DNA of 62,157 nt. It comes from a virus (lineage: Duplodnaviria; Caudoviricetes). Shown piece after piece: positions 36,716 to 45,720 of the stretch (within the stretch, counting starts at the first letter, position 1; every line of letters begins with the position of its first letter). The position numbers and the translations under genes were made by a program. The stretch is from positions 1 through 62,157 of the IMG/VR virus record IMGVR_UViG_3300027833_000049; one strand, given 5' to 3'. The notes below the pieces were generated by a model. The model was not told the DNA's origin. It did not search any database and saw only the letters and a list, made by a program, of their open reading frames with translations.

Positions 36716-37795
36716 ATGAGTTTATTAGAAAAATTGAAGAAGAATAGTACGATTAAAGATACGTCTATTCTCACTGATTCAAAGTTCTTTGGTGCAAAGG
36801 ACTTAATACAAACTGCTGTCCCTGCTCTGAATGTTGCGTTGAGCGGCAAGCTAGACGGTGGGTTAACTCCTGGGCTGACAGTATTTGCTGGTCCTTCTAA
36901 GCATTTCAAAACTGCTTTCTCATTGTTGCTTGCTAAATCATACTTAGACAAGTATGATGACGGTGTAGTTTTGTTTTACGATTCAGAGTTTGGTACACCG
37001 CAGGCATACTTCGATACTTTTGGTATTGATACTAGCCGAGTGATTCATACGCCTATCACAGACATCGAACAGTTGAAGCATGATGCAATGTCACAGATGA
37101 ATGGCTTTGAGCGAGGCGATCATGTTATTGTGATTGTAGACTCTGTTGGCAACTTAGCATCTAAGAAAGAAGTTGATGATGCACTTGATGGTAAGTCTGT
37201 TGCTGATATGACACGAGCAAAGCAGATGAAGTCATTGTTCAGAATGATTACGCCTCACTTAACAATCAAAGACATTCCTATGGTGGTTGTGAATCACACT
37301 TATCAGACTATGGAAATGTTTAGTAAGGCAGTTGTGTCAGGCGGGACAGGTATCTACTACTCAGCAGATAATATCTACATCATTGGTCGGCAACAAGAGA
37401 AGACAGGTACAGACCTAACAGGCTATAACTTCATTATCAATGTTGAGAAGTCTCGTTTCGTTCGTGAGAAATCTAAGATTCCTGTTGAAGTATCGTTCAC
37501 AGGCGGCATTGCAAAGTGGTCAGGGCTGCTTGATATGGCAATGGAATCAGGTCATGTTATCAAGCCTAGCAACGGTTGGTATCAGAGAGTAGACACTGAT
37601 TCAGGAGAAGCAGTAGAACCTAAAGTAAGAAACAAAGATACTTACACTAAGGATTTCTGGTTGCCTATTCTTCAAGATCAGACATTCATCGATTGGATTG
37701 AAAAACGATATACAATCTCAAGTTCAGACGGCATAATGAAAGAAGAAATCACTGAGGAAGACATCGCAGATGTTTACGAAGCAATTGAAGTCTAA
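36716..37795 (+). CDS. uvsX: RecA-like recombinase UvsX
   Basis: AGPSKHFKT, FYDSEFG, DSVGNLASKKE and VSGGTG motifs. Confidence 0.96.
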   Translation: MSLLEKLKKNSTIKDTSILTDSKFFGAKDLIQTAVPALNVALSGKLDGGLTPGLTVFAGPSKHFKTAFSLLLAKSYLDKYDDGVVLFYDSEFGTPQAYFDTFGIDTSRVIHTPITDIEQLKHDAMSQMNGFERGDHVIVIVDSVGNLASKKEVDDALDGKSVADMTRAKQMKSLFRMITPHLTIKDIPMVVVNHTYQTMEMFSKAVVSGGTGIYYSADNIYIIGRQQEKTGTDLTGYNFIINVEKSRFVREKSKIPVEVSFTGGIAKWSGLLDMAMESGHVIKPSNGWYQRVDTDSGEAVEPKVRNKDTYTKDFWLPILQDQTFIDWIEKRYTISSSDGIMKEEITEEDIADVYEAIEV

Positions 37796-37937
37796 GGGTG
37801 CATGTGATCGTTGTCAAATGACGATTTATGAAAGTGACGAAGCAATATGTTTCCACACAGATGCAGAAGAATTGTATCTGTGTGGAGAGTGTGTTGAAAT
37901 AATCCGTGAAGAATTTATGCGTGAGGAAAACATTTAG
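37770..37937 (+). CDS. Small Zn-binding protein (55 aa, not in the ORF track)
   Basis: CDRC...CGEC; bridges uvsX and gp41 with overlaps at both ends. Confidence 0.55.
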   Translation: MFTKQLKSKGACDRCQMTIYESDEAICFHTDAEELYLCGECVEIIREEFMREENI

Positions 37938-39322
37938 TGCAACAAAACATTGAAAGAATTATCCTATCTAATCTATGTTATAATGAAGACTTCCTCAGAA
38001 AAGTTATTCCTTTTCTAAAGCCTGAGTATTTTTCGAATGGTTCAGAGCGAGTTATATTTAATAAAATATCAGAGTATACTGTTAATTATAATGCGCCTCC
38101 GTCGAAGCAAGCTATTATCATCTCTGTTACAGATGACAAATCGGTTTCAGAAACTCAATACAATGAGATTCAAGAAATTGTAAATGATATTGAGAACGAA
38201 GACAGTAACTCAGAATGGCTATTAACTGAAACCGAAAAGTTTTGTAAAGACAAAGCTCTATATAATGCAATCATGGAAGGTATTCAGATAATAGATGGTC
38301 GTAATAAGGATATGGGTAAAGACGCTTTGCCTAGTATATTGTCTGATGCGCTTGCGGTAGGATTTGATAACAATGTAGGGCATGACTATATTGATAACGC
38401 ACCTGAGCGATATGATTTCTATCATAGATTAGAAGAAAAACTACCTTTTGACCTAGAAATGTTTAATAAGATTACTGATGGCGGACTTGCAAACAAAACA
38501 CTGAATGTGGCGTTAGCAGGTACAGGTGTTGGTAAATCATTGTTCATGTGTCACATGTCTGCGGGTCATATAGCTCAAGGCAGAAATGTTTTATATATTA
38601 CTATGGAGATGGCAGAAGAAAGAATCGCAGAGCGTATTGATGCAAATCTAATGAATGTTCCTATTCAGCAATTGAAAGATTTATCAAGAGAAATGTTTGA
38701 TGATAGGATTGATAAGATAAACAATAAGATTCAAGGTAGGCTTATTATCAAAGAATATCCTACTGCATCTGCACATGCAGGACATTTTAAGGCACTGCTG
38801 AATGAGTTGAAGTTGAAAAGAAATTTCATGCCTGATATAATCTTCATAGATTATTTGAATATTTGTGCGAGTAGTAGATTCAAAGCAGGGTCAGCAGCAA
38901 ACTCATATACAATCATTAAGAGTATTGCAGAAGAGCTTAGAGGTCTTGCAGGCGAGTTTAATGTTCCTGTTGTTACTGCTACACAAACAACTCGTAGTGG
39001 CTATGGTAACAGTGATGTAGAATTGACAGACACATCAGAATCTTTCGGTCTTCCTGCTACAGCAGACATCATGGTTGCTCTTATAAGTACTGAAGAGCTA
39101 GAGAAACAAGGTGTGATAATGGTGAAGCAATTGAAGAATCGTTATGCTGATCCTACTTCAAACAAAAGATTTATGATAGGTGTTGACAGGTCAAGAATGA
39201 AATTATTTGACTTAGAAGATTCTCAGGCTGGATTAACTGATTCAGGTGCGTCTCAGCAAGATTCAACACCTGTATTCGATAGAGGAACTTCTTCGGATAA
39301 ATTTGAAGGTATTAAGTTTTAA
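37937..39322 (+). CDS. gp41: Replicative helicase gp41
   Basis: LAGTGVGKS, ITMEMAEERI, IDYLNIC, ATQTTR, ESFGLPATAD and KNRY motifs. Confidence 0.97.
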   Translation: MQQNIERIILSNLCYNEDFLRKVIPFLKPEYFSNGSERVIFNKISEYTVNYNAPPSKQAIIISVTDDKSVSETQYNEIQEIVNDIENEDSNSEWLLTETEKFCKDKALYNAIMEGIQIIDGRNKDMGKDALPSILSDALAVGFDNNVGHDYIDNAPERYDFYHRLEEKLPFDLEMFNKITDGGLANKTLNVALAGTGVGKSLFMCHMSAGHIAQGRNVLYITMEMAEERIAERIDANLMNVPIQQLKDLSREMFDDRIDKINNKIQGRLIIKEYPTASAHAGHFKALLNELKLKRNFMPDIIFIDYLNICASSRFKAGSAANSYTIIKSIAEELRGLAGEFNVPVVTATQTTRSGYGNSDVELTDTSESFGLPATADIMVALISTEELEKQGVIMVKQLKNRYADPTSNKRFMIGVDRSRMKLFDLEDSQAGLTDSGASQQDSTPVFDRGTSSDKFEGIKF

Positions 39323-39326
39323 GATT

Positions 39327-39334
39327 TATAAATA
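39327..39334 (+). promoter_or_regulatory. T4-type late promoter
   Basis: TATAAATA before the 112-aa membrane protein. Confidence 0.75.
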
Positions 39335-39358
39335 GTAGAACCCCAAGAGGACACTACT

Positions 39359-39697
39359 ATGTCAGAACAAAAACTTACGCTTGATTCATCTGAAGAGTTA
39401 AAGCAGGCCGATTTAAACAGTGACGGCCACCTTTCTACACAAGAAATGGAGTTGATGTTGGACGCTAAGAAAAAGCGATTAGAAGATGAAGATGCCATGC
39501 GAGACGCACAGCGTAAAATGGCATGGTTTGCTCTCGGCGGCATGCTATTATATCCTTTCGCTGTCGTTATTGCTGAAATGGCTGGATTGCAAAATGCTTC
39601 TAGTACATTAGGCGATATGGCACCTACTTACTTCGTTTCAGTTGCTGCTATAGTAGCTGCATTTTACGGCAAATCTGCTCTAGAAAGCAAGAAGTAG
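39359..39697 (+). CDS. Two-TM membrane protein with an EF-hand-like loop (holin candidate)
   Basis: DLNSDGHLSTQE loop; two hydrophobic segments; basic C-terminus; late promoter. Confidence 0.6.
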   Translation: MSEQKLTLDSSEELKQADLNSDGHLSTQEMELMLDAKKKRLEDEDAMRDAQRKMAWFALGGMLLYPFAVVIAEMAGLQNASSTLGDMAPTYFVSVAAIVAAFYGKSALESKK

Positions 39698-39770
39698 CAC
39701 TCCAAGTAACACGTTATAGTCTAGAAATAACGTTCAGCACAGGCGCTCACAGAGCGTCTGATGCGATTTA

Positions 39771-39921
39771 TAAGTCATTGATTCTATTATATTTTTAACG
39801 CTTGACAATAGCCCTTTATATTGCTATACTGTATAGACAATATAGGTTTATAGGTTATTGATTTGAGTGTGGAAAAAAAGTGAAAATAAAGCTTGACATT
39901 TCGGTAGTTAGTCTGTATAAT
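39771..39921 (+). promoter_or_regulatory. Tandem early sigma70 promoters, each with an IHF-like box
   Basis: Box 39771-39783 then TTGACA(39802)-17-TATACT; box 39851-39863 then TTGACA(39893)-17-TATAAT. Confidence 0.8.
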
Positions 39922-39962
39922 GTACTTATAAACTGAAAAAACAAGCTGTGAGGGCTTATATT

Positions 39963-40223
39963 ATGATAAACACTAGTGAGCGTGAACAATTAGCTAACTA
40001 CATTTCAGATGCTTTCAAGGACTTACACGGTCATCGTCCCAGATTTTTCCAGTGGGAAAGTGCAAGTCTGGTTTTTTTACGGTCTGAAGCAAAAGCTCTC
40101 AGCGAACAGATTGAGTACGAAATCCATCGTGACCGTCTTGAGATGGAAGCGGCAGCCGGCGCAATGTTGCAGTATGCCCCAGACTTAGAAACAGCCCAAC
40201 GATGGGCACAGGAGGTGGCGTAA
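39963..40223 (+). CDS. Early hypothetical protein
   Basis: YISDAFKDLHGHRPR motif; GAGGG SD; follows tandem promoters. Confidence 0.7.
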   Translation: MINTSEREQLANYISDAFKDLHGHRPRFFQWESASLVFLRSEAKALSEQIEYEIHRDRLEMEAAAGAMLQYAPDLETAQRWAQEVA

Positions 40224-40432
40224 TGAATTACTCTAAGTATCCTTGTCAGGTTGAGATGGTTAAATATCATCTAGATGGCATGAAAGCAGGTATGCACACC
40301 AAAGAGAACATGGGCTTTATGTCTTGGAACGATGCTTGCACATGGGCAGGGTCAGTTACCGAAAGCAAAAAAGTTGGGTATGTTGTTTTGGAGATGCGTA
40401 ATCTCGAAACAAATGAGTTAGAAAAGTTTTAA
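40223..40432 (+). CDS. Early hypothetical protein
   Basis: GGAGG SD; TAATG coupling to the upstream gene. Confidence 0.65.
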   Translation: MNYSKYPCQVEMVKYHLDGMKAGMHTKENMGFMSWNDACTWAGSVTESKKVGYVVLEMRNLETNELEKF

Positions 40433-40439
40433 TTAATGC

Positions 40440-40468
40440 TTGACATTGTACCTCTGATTCTGTATAAT
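40440..40468 (+). promoter_or_regulatory. Sigma70 promoter
   Basis: Exact TTGACA-17-TATAAT. Confidence 0.8.
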
Positions 40469-40559
40469 GTTTAGTATAGTAAAGAATTTGAGAGTGATCT
40501 CAGATAGCGACCGTAAAGTCGTTTAATTTTAAATGAAAGTAACTTAAGGTGATTTAATT

Positions 40560-40838
40560 ATGGCTACAACTACAACTACAACCACGGCAGCAACTAAGAC
40601 ACAAAACGCTAAGATTCTTAATTTTCTTCGTTCTGGTCAGTCTTTGACAGCCGCACAAGCAGTTTCTATGTTTGGTGTTAAAACTGTCAGCGCTCGTGTT
40701 GCAGAACTCCGTGCAGCAGGACAGCCTATTTACACTAATGTAAGCAAGGCTGGCAAAACTTCATATCGTCTAGGTCGTCCTAGCAGCGCTATGATTGCAG
40801 CAGCATATGCCGCTGTTGGTTCTTCAGTCTTCGGCTAA
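40560..40838 (+). CDS. Winged HTH DNA-binding protein
   Basis: ILNFLRSGQSLTAAQAVSMFGVKTVSARVAELRAAG...YRLG pattern. Confidence 0.75.
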   Translation: MATTTTTTTAATKTQNAKILNFLRSGQSLTAAQAVSMFGVKTVSARVAELRAAGQPIYTNVSKAGKTSYRLGRPSSAMIAAAYAAVGSSVFG

Positions 40839-40921
40839 GAACTATTTGGTAAATCCAAATCGTCCTGGGATATGACATAAAACTGTCCTACCACTTTTTT
40901 TGTATTCGGTCGGAGATACTA

Positions 40922-41470
40922 ATGGCTAACCATGTAGATAATGTATTAAGTATTACCACCGAAATACCAGAAGCAGCAAAATTATTCAATGAAGTATTCT
41001 CTAGCATACAAAATCTTGATGAATCCGGGCTTCAATACTCAAACTTCCTCCCGCAATGGGATGGAGATTGGCCTTCAAGAGATTACATGGAAGAAATCAT
41101 CGGTGCTAAATGGGCAAATATTGAATCTGTTGCTGCTCGGCGTGTTGTGATAACTTCTGCATGGTCCTCTATATATGCTTATGTTAAGAACATGGGTCAT
41201 TATCTTTCTGAAATAGATCCTAATGTTATTATCTCATGTAGGTATGAAGATGAATTTTATAATTTTGCAGGCGCAATGGTTTATTTTGATGGCGGTCTTG
41301 ATTGGCAAGAAGAAAGTCTAGATTGGTTTATTGCAGACCGTTGTGAAGATTTAGGAATGATTAAAACAGACTGGGATTCATCTGAAGACTATGGGTGGTA
41401 CAAATCAGTTGATCACAAACTGATTGAATGGGAAAATGACTTAATTGAAAAATCAAGGAATAATATATAA
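40922..41470 (+). CDS. Hypothetical protein (DUF1281/Api92-like)
   Basis: MANHVDNVL, GAKWAN, SAWS and YEDE motifs. Confidence 0.6.
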   Translation: MANHVDNVLSITTEIPEAAKLFNEVFSSIQNLDESGLQYSNFLPQWDGDWPSRDYMEEIIGAKWANIESVAARRVVITSAWSSIYAYVKNMGHYLSEIDPNVIISCRYEDEFYNFAGAMVYFDGGLDWQEESLDWFIADRCEDLGMIKTDWDSSEDYGWYKSVDHKLIEWENDLIEKSRNNI

Positions 41471-41661
41471 TGGATACTAACACTGCAAAAAGAAAGATCG
41501 CTAACTGTATAGCTGCTAGTAAACGTTCTCTCAACCCAAGCTTTCAATCTTATTGGAAAGATACTGCTAATAAATTGGGTGTTAAATACAATGTAGATGT
41601 GAAGGAAATTGAAAAGTCTCCGGAATTTTATCAGTCAGCTAACTCTGCTAGTATGCACTAA
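41470..41661 (+). CDS. Hypothetical protein
   Basis: 63-aa ORF with TAATG coupling. Confidence 0.55.
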   Translation: MDTNTAKRKIANCIAASKRSLNPSFQSYWKDTANKLGVKYNVDVKEIEKSPEFYQSANSASMH

Positions 41662-41701
41662 CAGGTAGTGTATTATAAACTACTTGATAGAATGTAAATA
41701 T

Positions 41702-41738
41702 ATCCCGGGGCTTCTATATGATAGTCCTGGGATTTTTT
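41702..41738 (+). terminator. Rho-independent terminator
   Basis: ATCCCGGGGCT/AGTCCTGGGAT stem followed by a T run. Confidence 0.75.
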
Positions 41739-41778
41739 ATTTGTAATAAAGAAAAACATTTCTCCTATAATTAATTGT

Positions 41779-41786
41779 TATAAATA
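41779..41786 (+). promoter_or_regulatory. T4-type late promoter (probably leaderless transcript)
   Basis: TATAAATA separated by 5 nt from the ATG at 41792. Confidence 0.75.
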
Positions 41787-41791
41787 CTAAT

Positions 41792-42955
41792 ATGATTAAA
41801 TTTAGCAAGTTTATAACCGAATCAGCGTCAAATGACGATAAGTTGACACATCTTGAACATGTGGAAGATCATGTTGTTCACGGTGGTTCAGACGGATTTG
41901 CCCACGCTTTTCATACGCTCAACGGTGTACATGAACAATTGCGAGGCGCTAAAAATAATACTAAGATTACTATGAAGTATGATGGTAGTCCTTCTGTTGT
42001 ATTCGGTACACACCCAGAAACTGGCAAATTCTTTGTCGGTTCTAAGTCAGTGTTCAACAAAACGCCCAAGCTAAATTACACACCAGAAGACATTCAACAG
42101 AATCACGGACACGCACCTGGTCTAGTATCAAAACTGCAAGCAGCATTGACACATCTTCCGAAAGTACATGACGGTAAGGGTATCTATCAAGCTGACATTA
42201 TGCATGCCGGAGATGTTAAGCACGAAGGTCACCGAGTGTCATACAAGACAAACACACTTACATACCATCATCCTGCTGATTCAGAACATGCACAGAAAGC
42301 AGTAAATTCTCACATAGGTGTAGCGGTGCATACAGCGTATGAGGGTAATAAGTTTGAAGACATGAAAGTTAAACAAGGACATGTACCAGAGCTTAAAGAA
42401 CACGCCGATGTACATCAATTGCCTATTCACCATGATGTTTCAAAGGCAGTATACACTCCTTCTCATCAAGCAGAATACAAGAAGCATTTGGATGCAGCAG
42501 TATCAGAGTTTAAGAAAGCACCTAAGGAGTCTCACGCAGCGGTAGCTAAACATATTATACCTATAAAAACTTATATGAATGCTACCGTGAGAGATGGTAC
42601 AACTCCTACACATGAAGGATTTTCAAAGCATTACTCTACTGCAATGAAAAAGAAAGTTGCTGGTGTTAAGACTGAAGCTGCTAAGAACAGGCATACTAAG
42701 ACGCATGACGATACCATGCAACATGTTAAACAGAATAAAGCACACATTGAAAGCGCCATTGCAATGCAGCAACACTTACAAAAAGCTAAGACTGTGTTGA
42801 CAGATGCGCTTAACTCACATAATACAATAGGACACGAAATAGCAGGAGCTCCTGCAAATCCTGAAGGGTATGTTGTCCATCATAATAATAAACCATCTAA
42901 GTTTGTGCATAGACACGAGTTTAGTGCTGCAAACTTTGCAAGGGCAGGTGATTAA
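41792..42955 (+). CDS. His-rich ligase-fold (covalent nucleotidyltransferase-like) protein
   Basis: KYDG (motif I-like) and EGYVV...SKFV (motif IV/V-like); N-terminus MIKFSKFITE. Confidence 0.6.
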   Translation: MIKFSKFITESASNDDKLTHLEHVEDHVVHGGSDGFAHAFHTLNGVHEQLRGAKNNTKITMKYDGSPSVVFGTHPETGKFFVGSKSVFNKTPKLNYTPEDIQQNHGHAPGLVSKLQAALTHLPKVHDGKGIYQADIMHAGDVKHEGHRVSYKTNTLTYHHPADSEHAQKAVNSHIGVAVHTAYEGNKFEDMKVKQGHVPELKEHADVHQLPIHHDVSKAVYTPSHQAEYKKHLDAAVSEFKKAPKESHAAVAKHIIPIKTYMNATVRDGTTPTHEGFSKHYSTAMKKKVAGVKTEAAKNRHTKTHDDTMQHVKQNKAHIESAIAMQQHLQKAKTVLTDALNSHNTIGHEIAGAPANPEGYVVHHNNKPSKFVHRHEFSAANFARAGD

Positions 42956-43590
42956 TGGCTGACAAGCATATGGTATTCTCATTCGGCAGGATGTCTCCTC
43001 CGACGGCAGGACACAGTAAAGTTGTGGATCATGTTACTAATACTGCCTCTAAACTAGGTGCGGATCATCGGGTTATTGTAAGTCATTCACAAGACAAGAA
43101 TAAGAACCCGCTACACCCACAGCATAAAGTAGATTATTTGAAGCATGTTCACCCGACTGCAAACGTTGAATCCTCTTCTAAAGAGCATCCTCATTTTATG
43201 GCACATCTAGCTAAGATGCACAAGGAGGGCTACTCCCATGTTACAATGGTAGCAGGATCTGATAGAGTAGGAGAGTTTCAAAAATTAGCTGATAAATACA
43301 ATGGTCCGAACGGCAGTTATAACTTTAAACATTTGAAAGTAGTATCAGCAGGACATAGAGATCCTGATGCAGAAGGTACTGCTGGAATCAGTGGTACTAA
43401 GATGCGTTCACACGCTGGTAATAACGATTATAAATCATTTAAGTCAGGGTTGCATCCTAATGCATCTGACGAACATGCGAAGAAATTATTTACTGCAACT
43501 CGCACTGGTATGGGTTTACATAAAGAACAAACAAGATTATCTTTTGGAGCATTTTTGAATGAACATAGAAGAAGTATACACTCAACTTAA
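42955..43590 (+). CDS. HIGH-family nucleotidyltransferase (cytidyltransferase/NMNAT-like)
   Basis: FGRMSPPTAGH, VAGSDR and ISGTKMR motifs. Confidence 0.85.
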   Translation: MADKHMVFSFGRMSPPTAGHSKVVDHVTNTASKLGADHRVIVSHSQDKNKNPLHPQHKVDYLKHVHPTANVESSSKEHPHFMAHLAKMHKEGYSHVTMVAGSDRVGEFQKLADKYNGPNGSYNFKHLKVVSAGHRDPDAEGTAGISGTKMRSHAGNNDYKSFKSGLHPNASDEHAKKLFTATRTGMGLHKEQTRLSFGAFLNEHRRSIHST

Positions 43591-44017
43591 AATTGACGAA
43601 GGTGTTAGATATAAAATTTATGCAGACCATTTAGGTCTAGCCACTTTCGGCATTGGGCATCTAGTAATAGCAAGTGACCCTGAATATGGTCAACCTTTGG
43701 GTACAGAGGTATCCGAAGATAGAGTGCGTGAATGTTTTGAGAGAGATTTAGACACATCTATATCAGAGTGCGGTGTACTATACGGCAAAGAAGAATTTGG
43801 TGCATTTCCAGAAGAAGTACAGCAAGTCCTAGTTAACATGATGTTTAACATGGGGCGTCCTCGTCTTACTCAATTTAAGAAATTCAATGCTCATATTCTT
43901 GCTCGAAACTGGTTAAGAGCCGCACATGAAGGCAGAGACTCTAAGTGGCATAGGCAAGTTAATAATAGAGCAGAAAGATTAATGATGAGATTAGATGTAT
44001 TGAAGGGAGTAGAATAA
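43559..44017 (+). CDS. T4-type lysozyme (endolysin)
   Basis: DEG...YADHLGLATFGIGHL catalytic E/D/T region; NMMFNMG and SKWHRQVNNRA motifs. Confidence 0.92.
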   Translation: MNIEEVYTQLKIDEGVRYKIYADHLGLATFGIGHLVIASDPEYGQPLGTEVSEDRVRECFERDLDTSISECGVLYGKEEFGAFPEEVQQVLVNMMFNMGRPRLTQFKKFNAHILARNWLRAAHEGRDSKWHRQVNNRAERLMMRLDVLKGVE

Positions 44018-44733
44018 TGTTATCAACTGAGTTTTATGCACATGCTTGTATTGCAGAGCTTGCATACAAAGACATAGATAAAGATGTCAGAAAAGAATTT
44101 AAAGCCCTAGGATTTACTTCGATAAAGTTTATAGATATTGATGGCGCTCAAGCATATGTTCTAAGCAACAAAGAAAGAATCACTGTCGCATTTCGTGGAA
44201 CTGAAGCGACTGAAAAAAGTGATATATACGCAGACTTAGAAATCACGCACGAAAAAGGATTTCACGAAGGATTCTACGAAGAGTACGAGAAACTAGAATT
44301 AGCAGTGCATGGTGAAGTTTCTAAACTCAGAGGACGAAAGAAGCGTCCAGTATATGTAACTGGTCATAGTTTAGGAGCAGCTATTGCTTCTATTTTCTGC
44401 TTTAATTATCACGAAGCAGTAGCATTATATACATTTGGTTGTCCTAGAAACGCATCTTGGTCAAAGTCTAAAGAACTTAAAGTACCACATTATAGATGTG
44501 TAAACAACAATGATATAGTACCTAAGATGCCACCTGCTATCTTGAACTATAGACATCACGGTGAATTGCATTACATCAATTTTTATGGTAATGTCCGTGT
44601 ATTGACTTGGTGGCAAAGGTTTAAAGATTCTTGGCGTGGCCGAAGGGCGGCGTGGAGAAATAAAGATAAGTTTGACGGTATCAGTGATCACGGTATGACT
44701 GAATATTGCAGATGTTTAGAAGACAATAAATAA
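44017..44733 (+). CDS. Class 3 lipase (alpha/beta hydrolase)
   Basis: VAFRGTE, HEGF, TGHSLGAA, YTFGCPR, NDIVP and DH motifs. Confidence 0.9.
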   Translation: MLSTEFYAHACIAELAYKDIDKDVRKEFKALGFTSIKFIDIDGAQAYVLSNKERITVAFRGTEATEKSDIYADLEITHEKGFHEGFYEEYEKLELAVHGEVSKLRGRKKRPVYVTGHSLGAAIASIFCFNYHEAVALYTFGCPRNASWSKSKELKVPHYRCVNNNDIVPKMPPAILNYRHHGELHYINFYGNVRVLTWWQRFKDSWRGRRAAWRNKDKFDGISDHGMTEYCRCLEDNK

Positions 44734-44750
44734 AAAAAGGAGATTGCTAA

Positions 44751-45032
44751 ATGTGGTTCTTGTTACTTAAAGCAGCTTTTACTGGTATATTTGGATCAGC
44801 ATTTGGCAAATGGTTTTTAACAACTCGTATGGGCAGATGGTTTCAAGATAAACTTAATGCCTATATGCAATACTTAGCAGTTAAATATGATATAAAAGTA
44901 GCTAAAAGAGAAGCTAAGTGGAAATCAGAATATCCTGGATTGGTAAAACGATTAGATGATATGGAAAAGGAAATAAAAACAATAAAAAAAGCCTCATCGG
45001 GAGTAAAGAGAGTCCCTAGGAAGAAAGCATGA
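44751..45032 (+). CDS. Small membrane-anchored protein (holin/antiholin candidate)
   Basis: Hydrophobic N-terminus and basic tail; lies within the lysis block. Confidence 0.5.
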   Translation: MWFLLLKAAFTGIFGSAFGKWFLTTRMGRWFQDKLNAYMQYLAVKYDIKVAKREAKWKSEYPGLVKRLDDMEKEIKTIKKASSGVKRVPRKKA

Positions 45033-45331
45033 AGACATTTAGCGAATGGTTAGAAGAAGAAAGAGGGTCAGATTCAGATGGTCATAAACGATCTACTGAG
45101 TCAGGCGCTGGATTGACAAAGAAAGGAGTCGCTGCACATCGCAGGGCTAATCCTGGTTCTAAACTACAAACTGCTGTGACTACGCCTCCTAGTAAACTAA
45201 AAAAGGGCAGTAAAGCAGCTAAACGCCGCAAATCTTTTTGCGCTAGAATGTCTGGTATGAAAGGTCCTATGAAAGATGAGAAGGGTCGCCCAACTCGTAA
45301 GGCTATGTCATTGAGACGGTGGAACTGCTGA
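45029..45331 (+). CDS. Basic internal head protein candidate
   Basis: MKTFSEWLEE N-terminus; RRKSFCARM...SLRRWNC motif. Confidence 0.65.
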   Translation: MKTFSEWLEEERGSDSDGHKRSTESGAGLTKKGVAAHRRANPGSKLQTAVTTPPSKLKKGSKAAKRRKSFCARMSGMKGPMKDEKGRPTRKAMSLRRWNC

Positions 45332-45720
45332 TGAAAATTGCATTATTCTTCTTTCTAATTATGTGTGGTATGGGCGCTGTCGGATACTTTTACTACAACG
45401 ACACGCAAGATAGATTGGCGCAACTCAGAGAGAATAATACTAGACTTGAAATTGCTGCACAGACTAGCCAAGAAACAATTGGCCGAATGCAAGCAGATGC
45501 TACACAGTTTGCAGAAGCTAATACAAAACTGCGAGAAGAACTTGATGAGGCAGAAGAATACTCAGACGACCTCGCAAGTAAATTGAGAAGACATAATCTA
45601 ACTGTCCTGACTTTACAAAAACCAGGCCTTATTGAAACGAGAGTGAACAATGCAACAGCAAAGTTATTTGATGAAATGGAAAACATTACGGGTAAGTCTG
45701 CTCCTGCTACTGCTGAGTAG
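45331..45720 (+). CDS. Inner-membrane spanin (Rz-like)
   Basis: N-terminal TM followed by a coiled coil; overlapped by a lipoprotein gene. Confidence 0.7.
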   Translation: MKIALFFFLIMCGMGAVGYFYYNDTQDRLAQLRENNTRLEIAAQTSQETIGRMQADATQFAEANTKLREELDEAEEYSDDLASKLRRHNLTVLTLQKPGLIETRVNNATAKLFDEMENITGKSAPATAE

